Source of the DNA: Oculina patagonica
Lineage: Eukaryota
Assembly (NCBI RefSeq): GCF_052425735.1
Contig: NC_135759.1
Span: forward strand, 17,608,001-17,672,000
Direction: 5' to 3'
Length of the DNA stretch: 64,000 bases
Below the pieces are notes generated by a model, which was not told the DNA's origin, did not search any database, and saw only the letters and a program-made list of their open reading frames with translations. Positions 36,885 through 49,226 of this stretch are shown here, in pieces (the stretch's first letter is position 1; each line of letters begins with the position of its first letter). Both the position numbers and the translations under genes were made by a program.

Positions 36885-39530
36885 TTAGGTCATTTTGGAT
36901 GTCGCAAAAAACACATTGCAAAAAAAGAAAATCTGTACTCCATTATCGTCCAGCTCACGAGCAAACGCCTCGCTACAAAAAATGCAAACAAGTGAAACTT
37001 CTTACTAACTGTGACTCCTAAATGTTTCATATTATCGTTTTAAAAGTTTTGCTTTGGGGTCCTGGCTGTACAATTCAGTGCAATGACGCGTTAATTCCCA
37101 GAAACCTGCACGCTTGAAGTCCTCTCGAATCGAACAAAAACATCCTTTTTCCTGCGTTCCTAGGGGAATGTTTTTTTTTCTTTGAGCAAAAAATAACTAA
37201 CAGCTTGGTAATAAAATAAGAAATATTATCCCAGAAAAAATCACCCTTTTCAGTGGGATTTTGCAGCACTTCGTATAGAAGTGCTATTTTTAAACCATGT
37301 GCCCGTTGCCATGGCAGCGCAGAGTATTACGTGGGAGTTAAATCGGACATAAAATATATCTTTGATGGCCTTTGGTTATTGTTAAAAGTTATTTATCTGC
37401 CCACGCTTTCAATACAGGCTTTGTCAACACGCAAGAAAAAGTTGTATTTAATACTATGTTTAACATTATTAAACTAATTAAATGATTAAGGTAAGACTGG
37501 AGTAATGAACTCTCGATTGTCGACTCCGTTTGTCTTTCAAATTCATGCCCCCCTTCTTTGCGCTGCAGAAATGCAAGGCTGCGGTCAGTTTTTTGGAGAT
37601 TCTTTAAGACGTAACTTCTTTATGAAATATAAATTCTAAAATGACAGTTAAAACGTTATTTCATCGATCTTCTGTCTTATTATTAAAATCGGGTGAGAAC
37701 TTAAGTTAAAATGACAGATGGAAAGAGATAGACGGTAAGAAAGACATCCAATATGAAACTTCAACTTCATACCAAACAAGAAGGACTTTTAAGTACTACT
37801 GCAGATTACATTCCCGTACAGACTAGCCTAAACTTAATACCTTTCAGCACAACAGAAATCCAGCATACTAGTTTTGTAACTGATGTGGCCCTTGTCAAAT
37901 AAGAAACTTCCGTATTCATTTGCGACTTCCTGAAACTGTTTTACAGTATTATACAAATTCAAATCATTTCTAATAGTCTATCATTATACCAGTTTGGTAC
38001 ATGAATTTTCTCGATTTAATAGAATTGCCTTGAACATCCCGAAATATCTTCTCTAGAAACGCGTCTTGTTGCAAAAATGGCATCCGAAAGTGGGCAACAC
38101 CTTACTTCAAAATGTCAACACACAGGGAATGTTTGTTAATCGCAGTGGGGGTCCCTGGTGGATTTTGCAGGGGCTCTCCGTTTGCGAGAGCTAGCACGTT
38201 GAAAAACATAGTGGCTCTATGATTTCACTTTTGAAAAATTCTAAAAATGCAACGCAAATCATAAGCTAAATTTATTAATTTTCTCACATACAGTTTTAAC
38301 GCCTGAAGCCTGAAAATAGCTTGAAAAAACAAAACTAACGCTATTTTGTAAGCGTTTAACCACTCGTGTGATTGTTTCGTTACTGTTGAGAAGAAAAGTT
38401 GCAAGCTACTGAGAGATCCTATGATGGGGTTGGAAAGTCTTTTACTTCCTTACGTTGCACAATTAGATGAATGTTTGAATTTAGATACAAGTAACTTTCG
38501 TTTATTAACTTGGCATGGCGTGAACGTTTTCATTCCTTGCATGACTAAGCTACCGGGTTGACGCTAATTTTAATTTTGATGACGCTTGTTAGAGCTCCGC
38601 TAAAACTGGGGGTTTCGAACAAGAGAATTAATAATTAACAGGGAAGTAGAAAATGAACGCATAACCTGGTCACTAATGTTCGCAACATAAAAAGAAAAAG
38701 GAATAATTTAAAAATATATTGAGACTTCTTAAGATTGAAGAAAACAATCTAGGCGACGCCGAGGTAACAAATTCCATGAGAAATTTAACATGGATGCAAA
38801 AAAGCTGCCTTGAAACAAGACAACACGAGCGCAAAATCATTCAAAATTCCTTTTTTTTATTGAGTCCTAGGTGTGGACATTTGCTATTGTATGATCAGAA
38901 AGAGAAGATAAATTGTTGGAGTGGTTTCGAGTCAGTTTTCCTGTTTGGCCAAGTCCTTGCTAACTCGTACTTCAGTGATTGATTGAATAAGTGATTTTGG
39001 CCTTTTTAGCGCAAATAACCAGCAATTGGTGGGAAATGTATTAAAATATATCAACGAAACGTTACGAAAAAGATACTAACTGAAATAGCTTCCCAAAATG
39101 GGACTCCTATACAATACCGAACTGTACTAACAAACCCTACACAACATATCAAACTGGCAAAATTTGATAAAAACTGCTAAACCAAGAGAATATAGGTGAC
39201 ATCAAGACTCATGGATATTTCTTGGCTCGATTTGGATATCATGCCCGTCCCAACACTGTGTCCTACAGTGTCAAAACCGAAAGTCCTCGCCAGTTCTATT
39301 TTTCTCTCTCTCTATTCGCATGATTGCGTTGTTGCTCAGTGCCGGATTAGAAAGCAAGTCGGAACAGGAAAATCGGTCACGTTATTTTCCCTCGGTGCTT
39401 ATAGAAGGAAGAATTTTACTGAAGACACTGAAAAGGTTTCTTTTAGAAGATGACTTTATCAGTGATGAAATCTGCTTCAATAATGTGCATCGTGGAAGAC
39501 ATATTGCGAAGAACATCCGCTGCAAAAATG

Positions 39531-39538
39531 TATAAAAG
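39531..39538 (+). promoter_or_regulatory. TATA box of the cytokine-like gene
   Basis: tataaaag 118 bp upstream of caaccATG (39649), which is followed 10 nt later by a consensus gtaagt donor. Confidence 0.65.
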
Positions 39539-39648
39539 AGGAGTGCTGTCCTATTCCAATTCTTTAAGAGAAGATAAGTACTTAAAGTACAAACAAGGAG
39601 ATCAAGATATCAACAGAGACAGACCAAAAGGAAAATCAAGATTCAACC

Positions 39649-42600
39649 ATGATTTTGGGTAAGTGAAGCAAGTTTCAGTTTAAATGATGCCACCATCGAT
39701 GAAGAGATCGAAGGCTTAGGCCATTAGTCACCAAGATGGCTGTATACTAGCTCCATTTCGTAAACGCAGACTTTTAAGGACACTACAGACTATATCATAT
39801 TTGTTAACGGGGTTTGTAGCACCTTTCAACCGAGGGAAAGCAGTATTTTAGAATCTGACCGTTACATATCTTTTGATGTCAGTTGAAAGCTTGGAATTTT
39901 CAAGTTGTTTTAACCATTCTTGTCATTTCTGGTTTATTATAACCTTTTGATGTTTCGACCTGAACTGTTATTTCGACGTTTCCTTCAATTTGAAGAAAAT
40001 CATGTCAGTCCTTGAAGCAATTACATCTTATCTTTAGTCCGAATTTTGATTCAACATGGTGGCTATGCACCTTCAATGAATTTTCTTCTCAGAAGAACAA
40101 TTCTTTTAACCTTGTTAACAGGGGTTGCCTTAAAAATGTTGCCAAATGCTCTATAAAGGAAAATGAACGCAGCCAAACTAAAAATGTTGTCTAAGTAGCA
40201 CAGCACTGTGAACGCGCGTAATCAGATGCATCGTGGTAAATGTCTTTGTCATCCTCTGCAAAACGACACAGTTAAAGGGACTGTGCCATGTCTGATATAA
40301 GTCCGTTACTAAATTTGGCCAAATATACTCGCTATAAAACTTAATGTTAGCAAGGAAACTACTTCAATACATCTAAATGACAAAACCATCCGTACCTTCT
40401 TTCGTATTTGCTGTGTTATTGAAATGTTCTTTCTAAGTTTTAAGTGGTTACTTTCATATTTCACCCAATTTGGTTGCCATTTTCCAATGCCTAAATTTGG
40501 CTTAAGTCGGTGACACAGTTCCTTTAAATGAACTGAAATTCTTTTTTATTTAATTAAGGGAAACTTAGGCCACGAAATTACATTTTCCATCAAAGAAATG
40601 TCATTTTAGCCACAGTTTTGTGCTAGCGAGAGACAAATTCAATGATAATGCGAAATGTTTAACCAAAATATGAATTGGAAATTGTTCGCAGCCAGCGTTT
40701 AGTCATTAATTGCTCTTCCAGAAATTCATGACAATTAAAACACAACCTAACGGAATTTATCCAGACGACCGTGAGAGAACGTTAAGAAAGAAAAAGTGAA
40801 CACAGTAAATATATATAAAGCTCTTTCGAGAGAGGTTGTCGAAAAGAAGCATTAGAGCGTACGCCATAATGGCGAAAGGTGTGATGGGTAAAAATAGAAA
40901 ACGGCAGCACGCACTGAATCGAACGTTTCCTTCTTATTTTAAGCTTGTGGGGGCAAACTGGCTTTAGCCAGATAAGTTTTGGAATTAATGTCTAAAGCAT
41001 GAAAGCGAATGCAAATGTAAAACTATATTAAATATCTACACAACCATTCGTCAAGTTAGCTTAAATTAAATATAACGCTTCTATCCGACAGCACTTCTTT
41101 GATTATCCTGCCATCTCGTTGAAAAACCGTGAAAATTCGGAATTGTCGCTGTTGCGCTTCTGGAGGACAACCGTTCTTAAAATGACTGTATATAAAACAC
41201 TTATCAGTTGAAACATAGACAGATTGTTACACAATGTAGTTAACCACGAAGTTACAAATCGAAGGCGATTACAAGTTAAATTTTGTCAAAGTCAAGCTTG
41301 TAGAAGTCTCGATCAAATGGTGTTCGTACAACTCGACTGATTTATTTAAGATCGTTGACAATTATTAGCTCTAAAATTACTGACTTACTTTAATTAACAT
41401 GACTCCTTTTGAAACAAAAAGAATGAGTCAATTTTCCAGTTGAGTTGATTTTCACACACTTGAGAGAACTCGCGTTCAATGTGTTTGGAAAATGTCTTGG
41501 TGCGTTGACTGAATTCGTTCTCAATTCCTATCATTTTAATGACAAACCCACCCGATCTGCTGACGTAAAAAATCTAAAAGTCTTGCACTTTCTACCGCTG
41601 GTTTGAAATACCCCCCTTACTTGCCCTAGGCGTTTAGTTCATGTCACAGTTACATATTTAGTAATAACTAGAATTCTAAAATGTGTGTAAAATAGAAGTA
41701 TTTTAGCATAATTATAAAACATGCATATTTAAAAATAGAACTACTAACGAAGTTCATAATATGGTAAGCAGAAGTTTTTGTGATATAATTCAAGCCAGGA
41801 CCATGAAAATGAGAATCGTGTAAAATTTGTAACTTTAAGGGTAAAAAAAGCTTCACGTTCACACGAGATCATCGCTTAAAAAGCGTTCTTTGCAAATTAA
41901 ACACACGGTCACGAACTATTTTTAGTCCAAAGACTGAATAATAATTTAATAACGTTGAAGTTGCTATTTTAGTGCATAAAATGAAAATGATCTAGGAATC
42001 AAACTATTCTGTATTGTATGTGGTCGTTCTTTTCATTTTCATGACGTCACCACGAATTTAACAAAACTGATTTTGAACCAACCGATTAGATTTGGGAACG
42101 ACCCAAACAGAACTTATGCACAAGACAGCTTATCTTTCATTCTTTATTTACTAAATCGTGTCAACTCCTTCCAAAATGTAGGTCTTCCTAAATTTTTTTC
42201 CAATTTGGCTGTTTTTCTTTCAAAAAATGATGTAACACACCAAAATTATTTTTTTCCGTTTCGTACATGTAACATTTTTTAAACCGGGTGTACAGTCAAA
42301 ATGCTATATCGATAACGAAACTTGGTATGGTAATATCTAAACACCGGAAAATATTTACTGTTTTAATAGCTCTTCTCATTTTGTTATTTTCTTTCCCTTT
42401 AGGAAAAGCATTTCTCGTATGGGCAACTTTGTTTGTCATGGGTTTAGCCTTCAGTGATGGGAGTGAGGTGCCCAATGACCCAGTGTTTGATTGTCTTAAG
42501 ACATTCACACTTCAAGCACTTCAGTGCTATGTAAGTACTTAGTTTTGGTGTTACTTATTCTAGAGAGCGATTTTCACTTGAGTGTCGAAAGTAACTTGCG

Positions 42601-45600
42601 TTTGCTTTGGTTTTGCGTTGATTAGTTAAAAGATAATCGCGCGACTTTCTTAACCAATCAGAAGTAAAACCAAAACCAATCTTGATTCGCTCGTACGCGT
42701 TTTCCTGCGCTTCATGCCGGTTACTTGGTATTTGCTTCGAGTTTTGATTCGTTCACTGGATTGTCTGTGTCCTTTGTGATCGGCCAGAGTGATTGCTATG
42801 GTTTTGGTCGAACGAGATATTATCGAAAACCGCTCTAACAACAGTTTTCAAAGGGTTACAGAAGAGCTTTTGTGCAGCGTGAGCTAATAATAATAATAAT
42901 AATAATTTATACATTTATATAGCGCTAAAAACTATAAATATTCTAAAGCGCTGTTTACTATATGTAAAAATAATATAAAAATATAAAAATTAGAATGAAC
43001 CTACATACAAATCAAACTAGAAACAGTGTGATTGAAAAGTTAAAACGCTTAAACGCGAAATGCTTTCTTAAAAAGGAAAGTCTTCAATTGACTTTTAAAA
43101 GTCTCCACTGATGACGCTTTGCGAATGTCAACAGGAAGCTCATTCCACAGGGAGGGGCCTGCCTTGGCAAAGGCTCTATCCCCAAAAGTTTTCAGCATTG
43201 TCTTAGGGACAACTAGCATATCATGGCCATCGGAACGCAGGTTGTACCGACCAACAGGCTTGGCCTTCAAAAGGCCAGAGATGTAAGGAGGAGCTTTCGC
43301 ATGAAGGGCCTTGTACACCAGTAGCAGTATCTTAAACGTCACCCGGTACCGAACAGGAAGCTAATAGGAGTATACATAGGAAAGTAGTCTAAAAGGGCTT
43401 TGGTCAAGTTATATAAATTAAGATTTTTGCCACCTGGTTTATTTGAATTTAATAACGAGCTCCAAAGTTTTTTAAAAGATGGTTTTTGCCAAGATATATC
43501 TTTAATTCAGGGGAATATTATTAGACCAATCAGTCAGTACACACTTGGCCTTTAAAACTTACATTGAAAATTTTACTTTCTGACGCATGATATTACTTAA
43601 CACATCTTCAGGAAACTTTGCCATTAAGTGTAAAAGGAATGAACACTTACAACAACAACAAAAACAACAACAACAACAACCGTTTTCATACTTCAGTATC
43701 ATCACCATTCTAGAGATATCTGTTGTTTGAAATAAACTTTTTACCGCAGAGAATACGTTACTTTTCATAATTTGGTTTTGGCGTTCTTCCTTGTTTTTGT
43801 GACCGCACAAACCTGGAAAGGGAGCGAGCGTGCTGTTTGGTGACGTCACCGTTGACGATAGAGCCAGACTCCCTTGAGACGAAGACGCCTAGGGGCTAAG
43901 ACTAGTTTCAATACTGATTTTAAAAGTAGCTAATGATGTTGTTTTTAATTTTTTTGCATTGATTCCAACTAAAAATCTAATAGAAATAATTGAAACAACA
44001 ATGTTTCTGTGACACTGATACTTCAACACATATCATCATTATCATAACCATGAACAATTTATTGTTTGTTATTGTTATAGAGTGGTTATCACTTGAGTGT
44101 CGAAAGTAATTTGCGTTTGCTTTGGTTGTGCATCACTACGCTTAGTGATTGGTTTAAAAATCTCGCGCTATCTTCTTAGCCAATCAGAAGTAAAACCAAA
44201 ACCAATCGTGACTCGCTTGTGCACGTTTTCCCGCGCTTCGTGCCTGCGACATGTATTTGCTTCGAGTTTTGATTGGCTGGCTAGATTGTCTGTGTCCTTT
44301 GTGATTGGCCAGAGCAATTACTTTGGTTTTGGTTTTACTACACTCAATTGAAAACTGCTCTATTTAACTCAATAATAATTGACGAAATTTTTTTTTCCTA
44401 TACAGAAAACCGCAAATCATATCAAGAATTCTCACCGAGGCGGGGCACTTGGAAGTGAATTAAGAAAACTTGTGCCAAACAACTACCGTACCTGGCCGAA
44501 TAAGGTAAGACAGCGACAGAACTATTATGCACTTTCACTATAAGAATGCCTTAGCTGAAATTTGAAAAAAACTCTATTTAAAAGTTACCCAAAAACCGAC
44601 GGACATGAAGGTACTGCTCAACAGCTTTGAGCCTTTGAGTGATAGGCTTAAGCTTTTAGTTTTGGTTTTGTCGAAAGTCAATACTGCTATTATAAAACAG
44701 AGCTACGATAAAAACCTTGACTGTTCGCTGTTGTGTATACTAATGAGATTTACTGCCAATATTTATCACCAGACTACTCGCCAACGTGCTCAGCAGTGCA
44801 TGACAGCCCTAAAGAACTTTGTCGAGCCACTGAAAGTTGTGGTGCAGAGCGAAAAGCGGACGAAAAATTTTTGCAGATTAACTGGACATACTTTAAACAA
44901 GACACTTCATGGCTTGCTTCGAGTTTTGGAGAACAGCATTAAAGACATCGACGAATATGTAAGTGCTTCTATATTGCTTGGTTTACCGATATTTGAAGAG
45001 AAATAAGTTTTTGATCAATCCATCAATTGACATAATAAAGTGTTCTGCATGACCAAGATACAAAACAGTCCGTCTATCTGGGCATAATCGTGAATGCGTA
45101 ATCAAAACTGAAAGAAAAAGTTATACTTCGTGTTATTTCGTGATTTCTTTATAATGAAAAGAATGCCACACTTTGGAATTATTTCCTTACTTGGGCCTTT
45201 TTTATGCATTTGAATCATATAACTATCCAACTCATTAAATCTTCCTATTGAATTAAGCCCTTTACGTGTATGCCGCAAGCTGCTAAGTAAACGGGGAATA
45301 GGAAGCTAGCTATGCTAGCTAAAAACAGTCCTTCTTTTCCCGGTTAAGAATATGAAAATTATGAAATGCATGAAAGCAGCACAGTTTCAACTGAAATATT
45401 TTACCTTCTAACTGTGCCTCTGCCTGGCTTACGTATTATCATTTCTTTATACAGGTCCGTCTTCAGCATATTAAACTGAAACCTTTGCGAGTGAAGCCCG
45501 TAAATATGACCAGCATGACAGCTCTGGCTGCTCATCAAATGGTAAGCGTTCTTTTTTTTCTAAGAATGAACAAACTGATTGAACAAACTAATGTACACAA

Positions 45601-46489
45601 AGAGAATAAAGTATGTTTTCCCGTAATTAAAAATCAACTTTCTATTTCTTCATGCAATTTAGTTTGGCATGTTTATTTAAATTGAATATAAAGAAACAAA
45701 CAATTTATTTATTAATGTCATGGCGCAGGATGAGGTTGCCCTCTCTATCCGAGCCAAAGGCTCATGTAAAAAGCGCAAGACAATAATTAAAATCGATTAT
45801 AAAAAAATGGGAACTAGTATAAGTAATAGATAATAATAATATGAAAAAAAAATAACGTGTACATCCAAAAATATATGGTAGCTCTAAGGAGAGCGAGCGC
45901 TTATTTTTTCGACACTGATAAACATGGGAAAGTGAAAAACACTGAACAACAACAACAGATACTTTAATTCAAGAACAGTAACAATTAGTGTTTGTATAGT
46001 CATAACACAATTCGTTCGTTTAATATGTTCGATATCACGTTCAGATGGGAAAGCAGACAACGCAATCCACTTGTCTGATCACTCTATTCTATGTCAATGT
46101 CTTAAATGTTGCTTTCATAATGGAGGCACTTTTTGGAAGGGGGTGCGGATTGGAATAGGGGGAGGAATAGGGGGCATGGAGGCGCTTTCTTTTTTAAAAA
46201 AGACAACACTCAAAGGAGAGCGCTAATTACAAAGGCGGCGCTTATTGGAAGGATGGCGCTAAATATAATCATTAAGTTATAAGTTGGAACGAACGCGACT
46301 GTATGTCCATTTACACTAAACATTTTCTTCGCATTTGTTTTTCAGAGTGGTCTTACCTCACGCAAAGCAGTTCAACTACGCAACTTTGTTCTGCTGGATT
46401 TCTTAGACCAAGTCGTTTATGACATAAAAACAACCGCGGGATCGTGCTTTAACACCAAAGCTAGCATTAGCTTCGTTTGCCCAGTTTAA
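39649..46489 (+). CDS. Secreted 217-aa alpha-helical protein, putative long-chain four-helix-bundle cytokine-like
   Basis: Exons 39649-39658, 42403-42530, 44406-44504, 44773-44958, 45455-45541, 46346-46489 (654 nt). All five donors are gtaag, acceptors are yag, phases 1,0,0,0,0. Translation: MILGKAFLVWATLFVMGLAFSDGSEVPNDPVFDCLKTFTLQALQCYKTANHIKNSHRGGALGSELRKLVPNNYRTWPNKTTRQRAQQCMTALKNFVEPLKVVVQSEKRTKNFCRLTGHTLNKTLHGLLRVLENSIKDIDEYVRLQHIKLKPLRVKPVNMTSMTALAAHQMSGLTSRKAVQLRNFVLLDFLDQVVYDIKTTAGSCFNTKASISFVCPV. The gene model is well supported; the fold assignment is inference. Confidence 0.85.
40276..40523. mobile_element. Kolobok-like MITE (TTAA TSD) in intron 1 of the cytokine-like gene
   Basis: ttaa|agggactgtgcca ... 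tgacacagttcct|ttaa. Confidence 0.65.
42563..42837. mobile_element. MITE, same family as 44078-44362
   Basis: agagcgattttcacttgagtgtcgaaagtaa..ccaatcagaagtaaaaccaaaaccaatc..gaaaaccgctct; two similar copies flank the LINE in intron 2. Confidence 0.75.
42890..43360 (-). mobile_element. 5'-truncated L2/CR1-group LINE 3' fragment
   Basis: Reads LPVRYRVTFKILLLVYKALH..PPYIS..YNLRS..FGDRAFAKAGPSLWNELP..FKSQLKTFLF. Has a (TTA)n tail and the direct repeat agctaata at 42882-42889 and 43359-43366. Confidence 0.9.
44078..44362. mobile_element. MITE, same family as 42563-42837
   Basis: tagagtggttatcacttgagtgt ... acactcaattgaaaactgctcta inverted termini. Confidence 0.75.
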
Positions 46490-46821
46490 ATCAACCAGCC
46501 AGTCAAAAATGTAATATTTAGATAGGAAGAGGTCATTACCATGAAATATTAGGCAAATTGCATGCTTAAATGTTTGATGCTATTTTTATCAGGACAGCTT
46601 TTAACTTGTAGAAGATTTTATCAAGGCTACCTCGGTTGTTAAAGAAATTATTACTATTCATATTGAATATAACCTGTACTGTTCTATGAGAATGCTATAG
46701 AAATTGTTAACCTATTTGGTTAAGAAACATTTATTTATCCTGAGATTGTATTTTAACAGTATTTATGCTATTTATGTAGAATGTCGAGGTCTATTGCGAA
46801 TGAAATAGTTTAAAAAATAAA
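46490..46821 (+). promoter_or_regulatory. 3' UTR with AU-rich elements and polyadenylation signal
   Basis: ATTTA at 46516, 46729, 46733 (ATTTATTTA / TTATTTAT), 46761 and 46770; AATAAA at 46816-46821. Confidence 0.6.
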
Positions 46822-47378
46822 ATTGCTTTGCTGAAAAATTGTTATTTTCAATGTCCATAATTTTCGCGGAAATTGTGAGTTACTGCAGCCTCAGTAACGT
46901 TTGCACGGGAAACATCCGGGGATGGGGGCCAGTAAAAAAAGGGGGGGGGGGGCAGTGGGTTCTCAACCAAGTCAATCCCTTGCCCTTTCATAAACCATTT
47001 TTGACAGAAAAGGTACCTCCTTTATCTACATTCCATAGAAATGGTATCCTGGCAAATACCTAGCTACAGTAGACACACTGATTCCTTTCCCTCACTTTTG
47101 GATTCAGTAAACCTTACAATACTTGGATAAATTAACCGTAAGGTGCGTCTGCTTGAGACATTTAGAAAGGTCATGACAGTTTTTCCTACCCTTTTATAAA
47201 TTTCCAACTTGAGAAAGGTTCCCCTATCGGGTGAAGCATAAAAGGGAGTACCGGGGGAAGGATGGATGGAGGGAGGGGGGGGGGGGGGAGGGTCAAGCAA
47301 CGATAACATCAATTTCATTTCGCTACTGACTGTTTACGATTTGAAACTGACAGTCGTGATATATAAAAGGTCCAGATC

Positions 47379-47796
47379 CCGGGGGGGGGGGGGTACTTGG
47401 GTAAATTTTTGTTGGGTATGTGCCGCTGGCCTCTCAGAACCCCTACCCCATTATTGTCTTATTCTATGGCCAATTATAGACCCCATCTTAGTCACTTTTG
47501 GTTAAATTTAATTTTTACGACCCCAACTTAGTCACTTTCTGGGAGCTGTTTGTCAAATATGGAACAACAGCAATAAATACGGTAACATTTTTTTCGGCGA
47601 ATATTTCCGTTCATAAATCACAACTTGCCAGATTTTCGTACTCTCAAAATCCCGGAAAAATGTGACCCCATTCTAGTCACCGTATAAAAAATGCTTGAAA
47701 TAGCGACCCCATTATAGTCAGTCCAGTCGTGAAAATGCGATCCCATCCAGCGGCACATCCCCATTAGCCCATTTATAGGAAGTGCCCCCCCCCCGG
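47379..47796. mobile_element. MITE with CCGGGG..CCCCGG termini and 8-bp TSD
   Basis: tccagatc|ccggggggggggggggtactt ... aagtgccccccccccgg|tccagatc. A related degenerate element lies at about 46915-47258. Confidence 0.8.
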
Positions 47797-48309
47797 TCCA
47801 GATCCTCTCTTTCATAAACGCCATCGCACAAGTGTTCATACTAGTTTTCTAAGACAAAGAAATTTCTCTCCTTTCTAAATGAGGTCTTTTCTTATACAAA
47901 CACCCATACGTAGCTCACTTTGAAAGAGAGTGATCGCCAAGGCCAAGAGTATCCGCGCAACTTATCACATGTCCAGGGAAGATAACGGAGCAGAAGCCAT
48001 ATCTACAGCAGTCTTACAGTGCAATCTACAGGGTTTTCTCGAGGAAACTTGCTGAAACCAGGAAGTACGTACCATGAGAAAGGGTGGCAAAGGGGTTCAT
48101 ACACTTATTGACCTTATTGTCGAACATTTCTTTGACCTAAATAAACACTGTATTTTTTCATTATCACACTCTCACCACACGCCAAGCACATTTCCCAGTC
48201 TCAAGAGAAGCTGATACATGTGATAGTTCACGAGAATTATAGAGTTTTTGGAATTAGCCGGAGATCTCTCTTTATCTACTGAATATTTGCATCATCACAA
48301 ACACAAATA

Positions 48310-48746
48310 CAGTAAAAACCCGCGAGTAAGAAACTAACATTTGCAAATTAGACCCCATGTTTATAAGAACCTATTTAGCCTAAAATTTAAAAACAAGTTC
48401 TTATTTTCTAAAATTGATTAAAAATGTTTACTTTTGGGAAAAGGAAATTACCTCAGTAAAGCCTTTCGAACGAGGTTTTACTGTATATGTACATGTATAC
48501 AATGTTATGTTCTAAATGATTAGTGCTTCATTTTTACATTAACACTTGTGTGGTATGCAAATTTTAAACAAGAAAAAGGCAGAATACCACTAAAATCTCT
48601 ATAACAACATTGAAATTTTGTCTTCAAAAATTAAGAACCTTTTAAGAACCTAATTAGCCTAAATTTGTGTTAATAACCCTTTATGTAAGAACCTATTTAA
48701 GCTGACCTGAAAAAAACAATAGGTTCTTACTCGCGGGTTTTTACTG
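48310..48746. mobile_element. Tc1/mariner-type MITE (TA TSD)
   Basis: ta|cagtaaaaacccgcgagtaagaa ... ttcttactcgcgggtttttactg|ta; perfect 23-bp TIR. Confidence 0.85.
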
Positions 48747-48967
48747 TACTCTTTTTAATAAATAATTTCATGCCATGATATATCAATTCACGAACAGTAG
48801 AAATAGAAATAGCATGAATAACTAGCAAGATAGCCAAGTTTAAGACGTACCCCTGACGTTTTAAGGTACACATTTATGGCTGAACGTTTGAAAAGAATAG
48901 AGGATTCGATATATTAAAAAGGTTTTTAGAGAGCAAGGTTTTTCTCCCCCATTAACTTTTACCCTGA

Positions 48968-49226
48968 CAGGGGCGGATCCAGGATTTCAAAAGGGGGGGG
49001 GGGGGGGTGGATGGCAGACCATTAGGGCCTAACCCTAACCCTAACCCTAACCCTAAATGGCGGCAGACGGCGAAACGTGGCGTAACAACAACCAGACATG
49101 AGCGAGAGCTAATTTTTCTTTCTTTCTTTATTTTCTATTTCAAATAAAGTGACATTTCGATTTTTTTTACTGAAAAATGGGGGTTGGGTATCCATATCCA
49201 CCCCCCTGTATCCGCATCCGCCCCTG
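48968..49226. mobile_element. MITE with CAGGGG..CCCCTG ends, 5-bp TSD and internal telomeric repeats
   Basis: cctga|caggggcggat ... atccgcccctg|cctga; ttaggg-cctaa(ccctaa)4 at 49022-49056. Confidence 0.75.

Noticed and set aside
37305-37318. X-box-like gttgccatggcagc between the divergent genes
   Set aside because: Appears to lie in repeat-like sequence and has no linked ciliary gene start; a single motif match.
38170-38179. NF-kB-like ggggctctcc about 1.4 kb upstream of the cytokine-like gene
   Set aside because: A single degenerate match is expected by chance at this distance.
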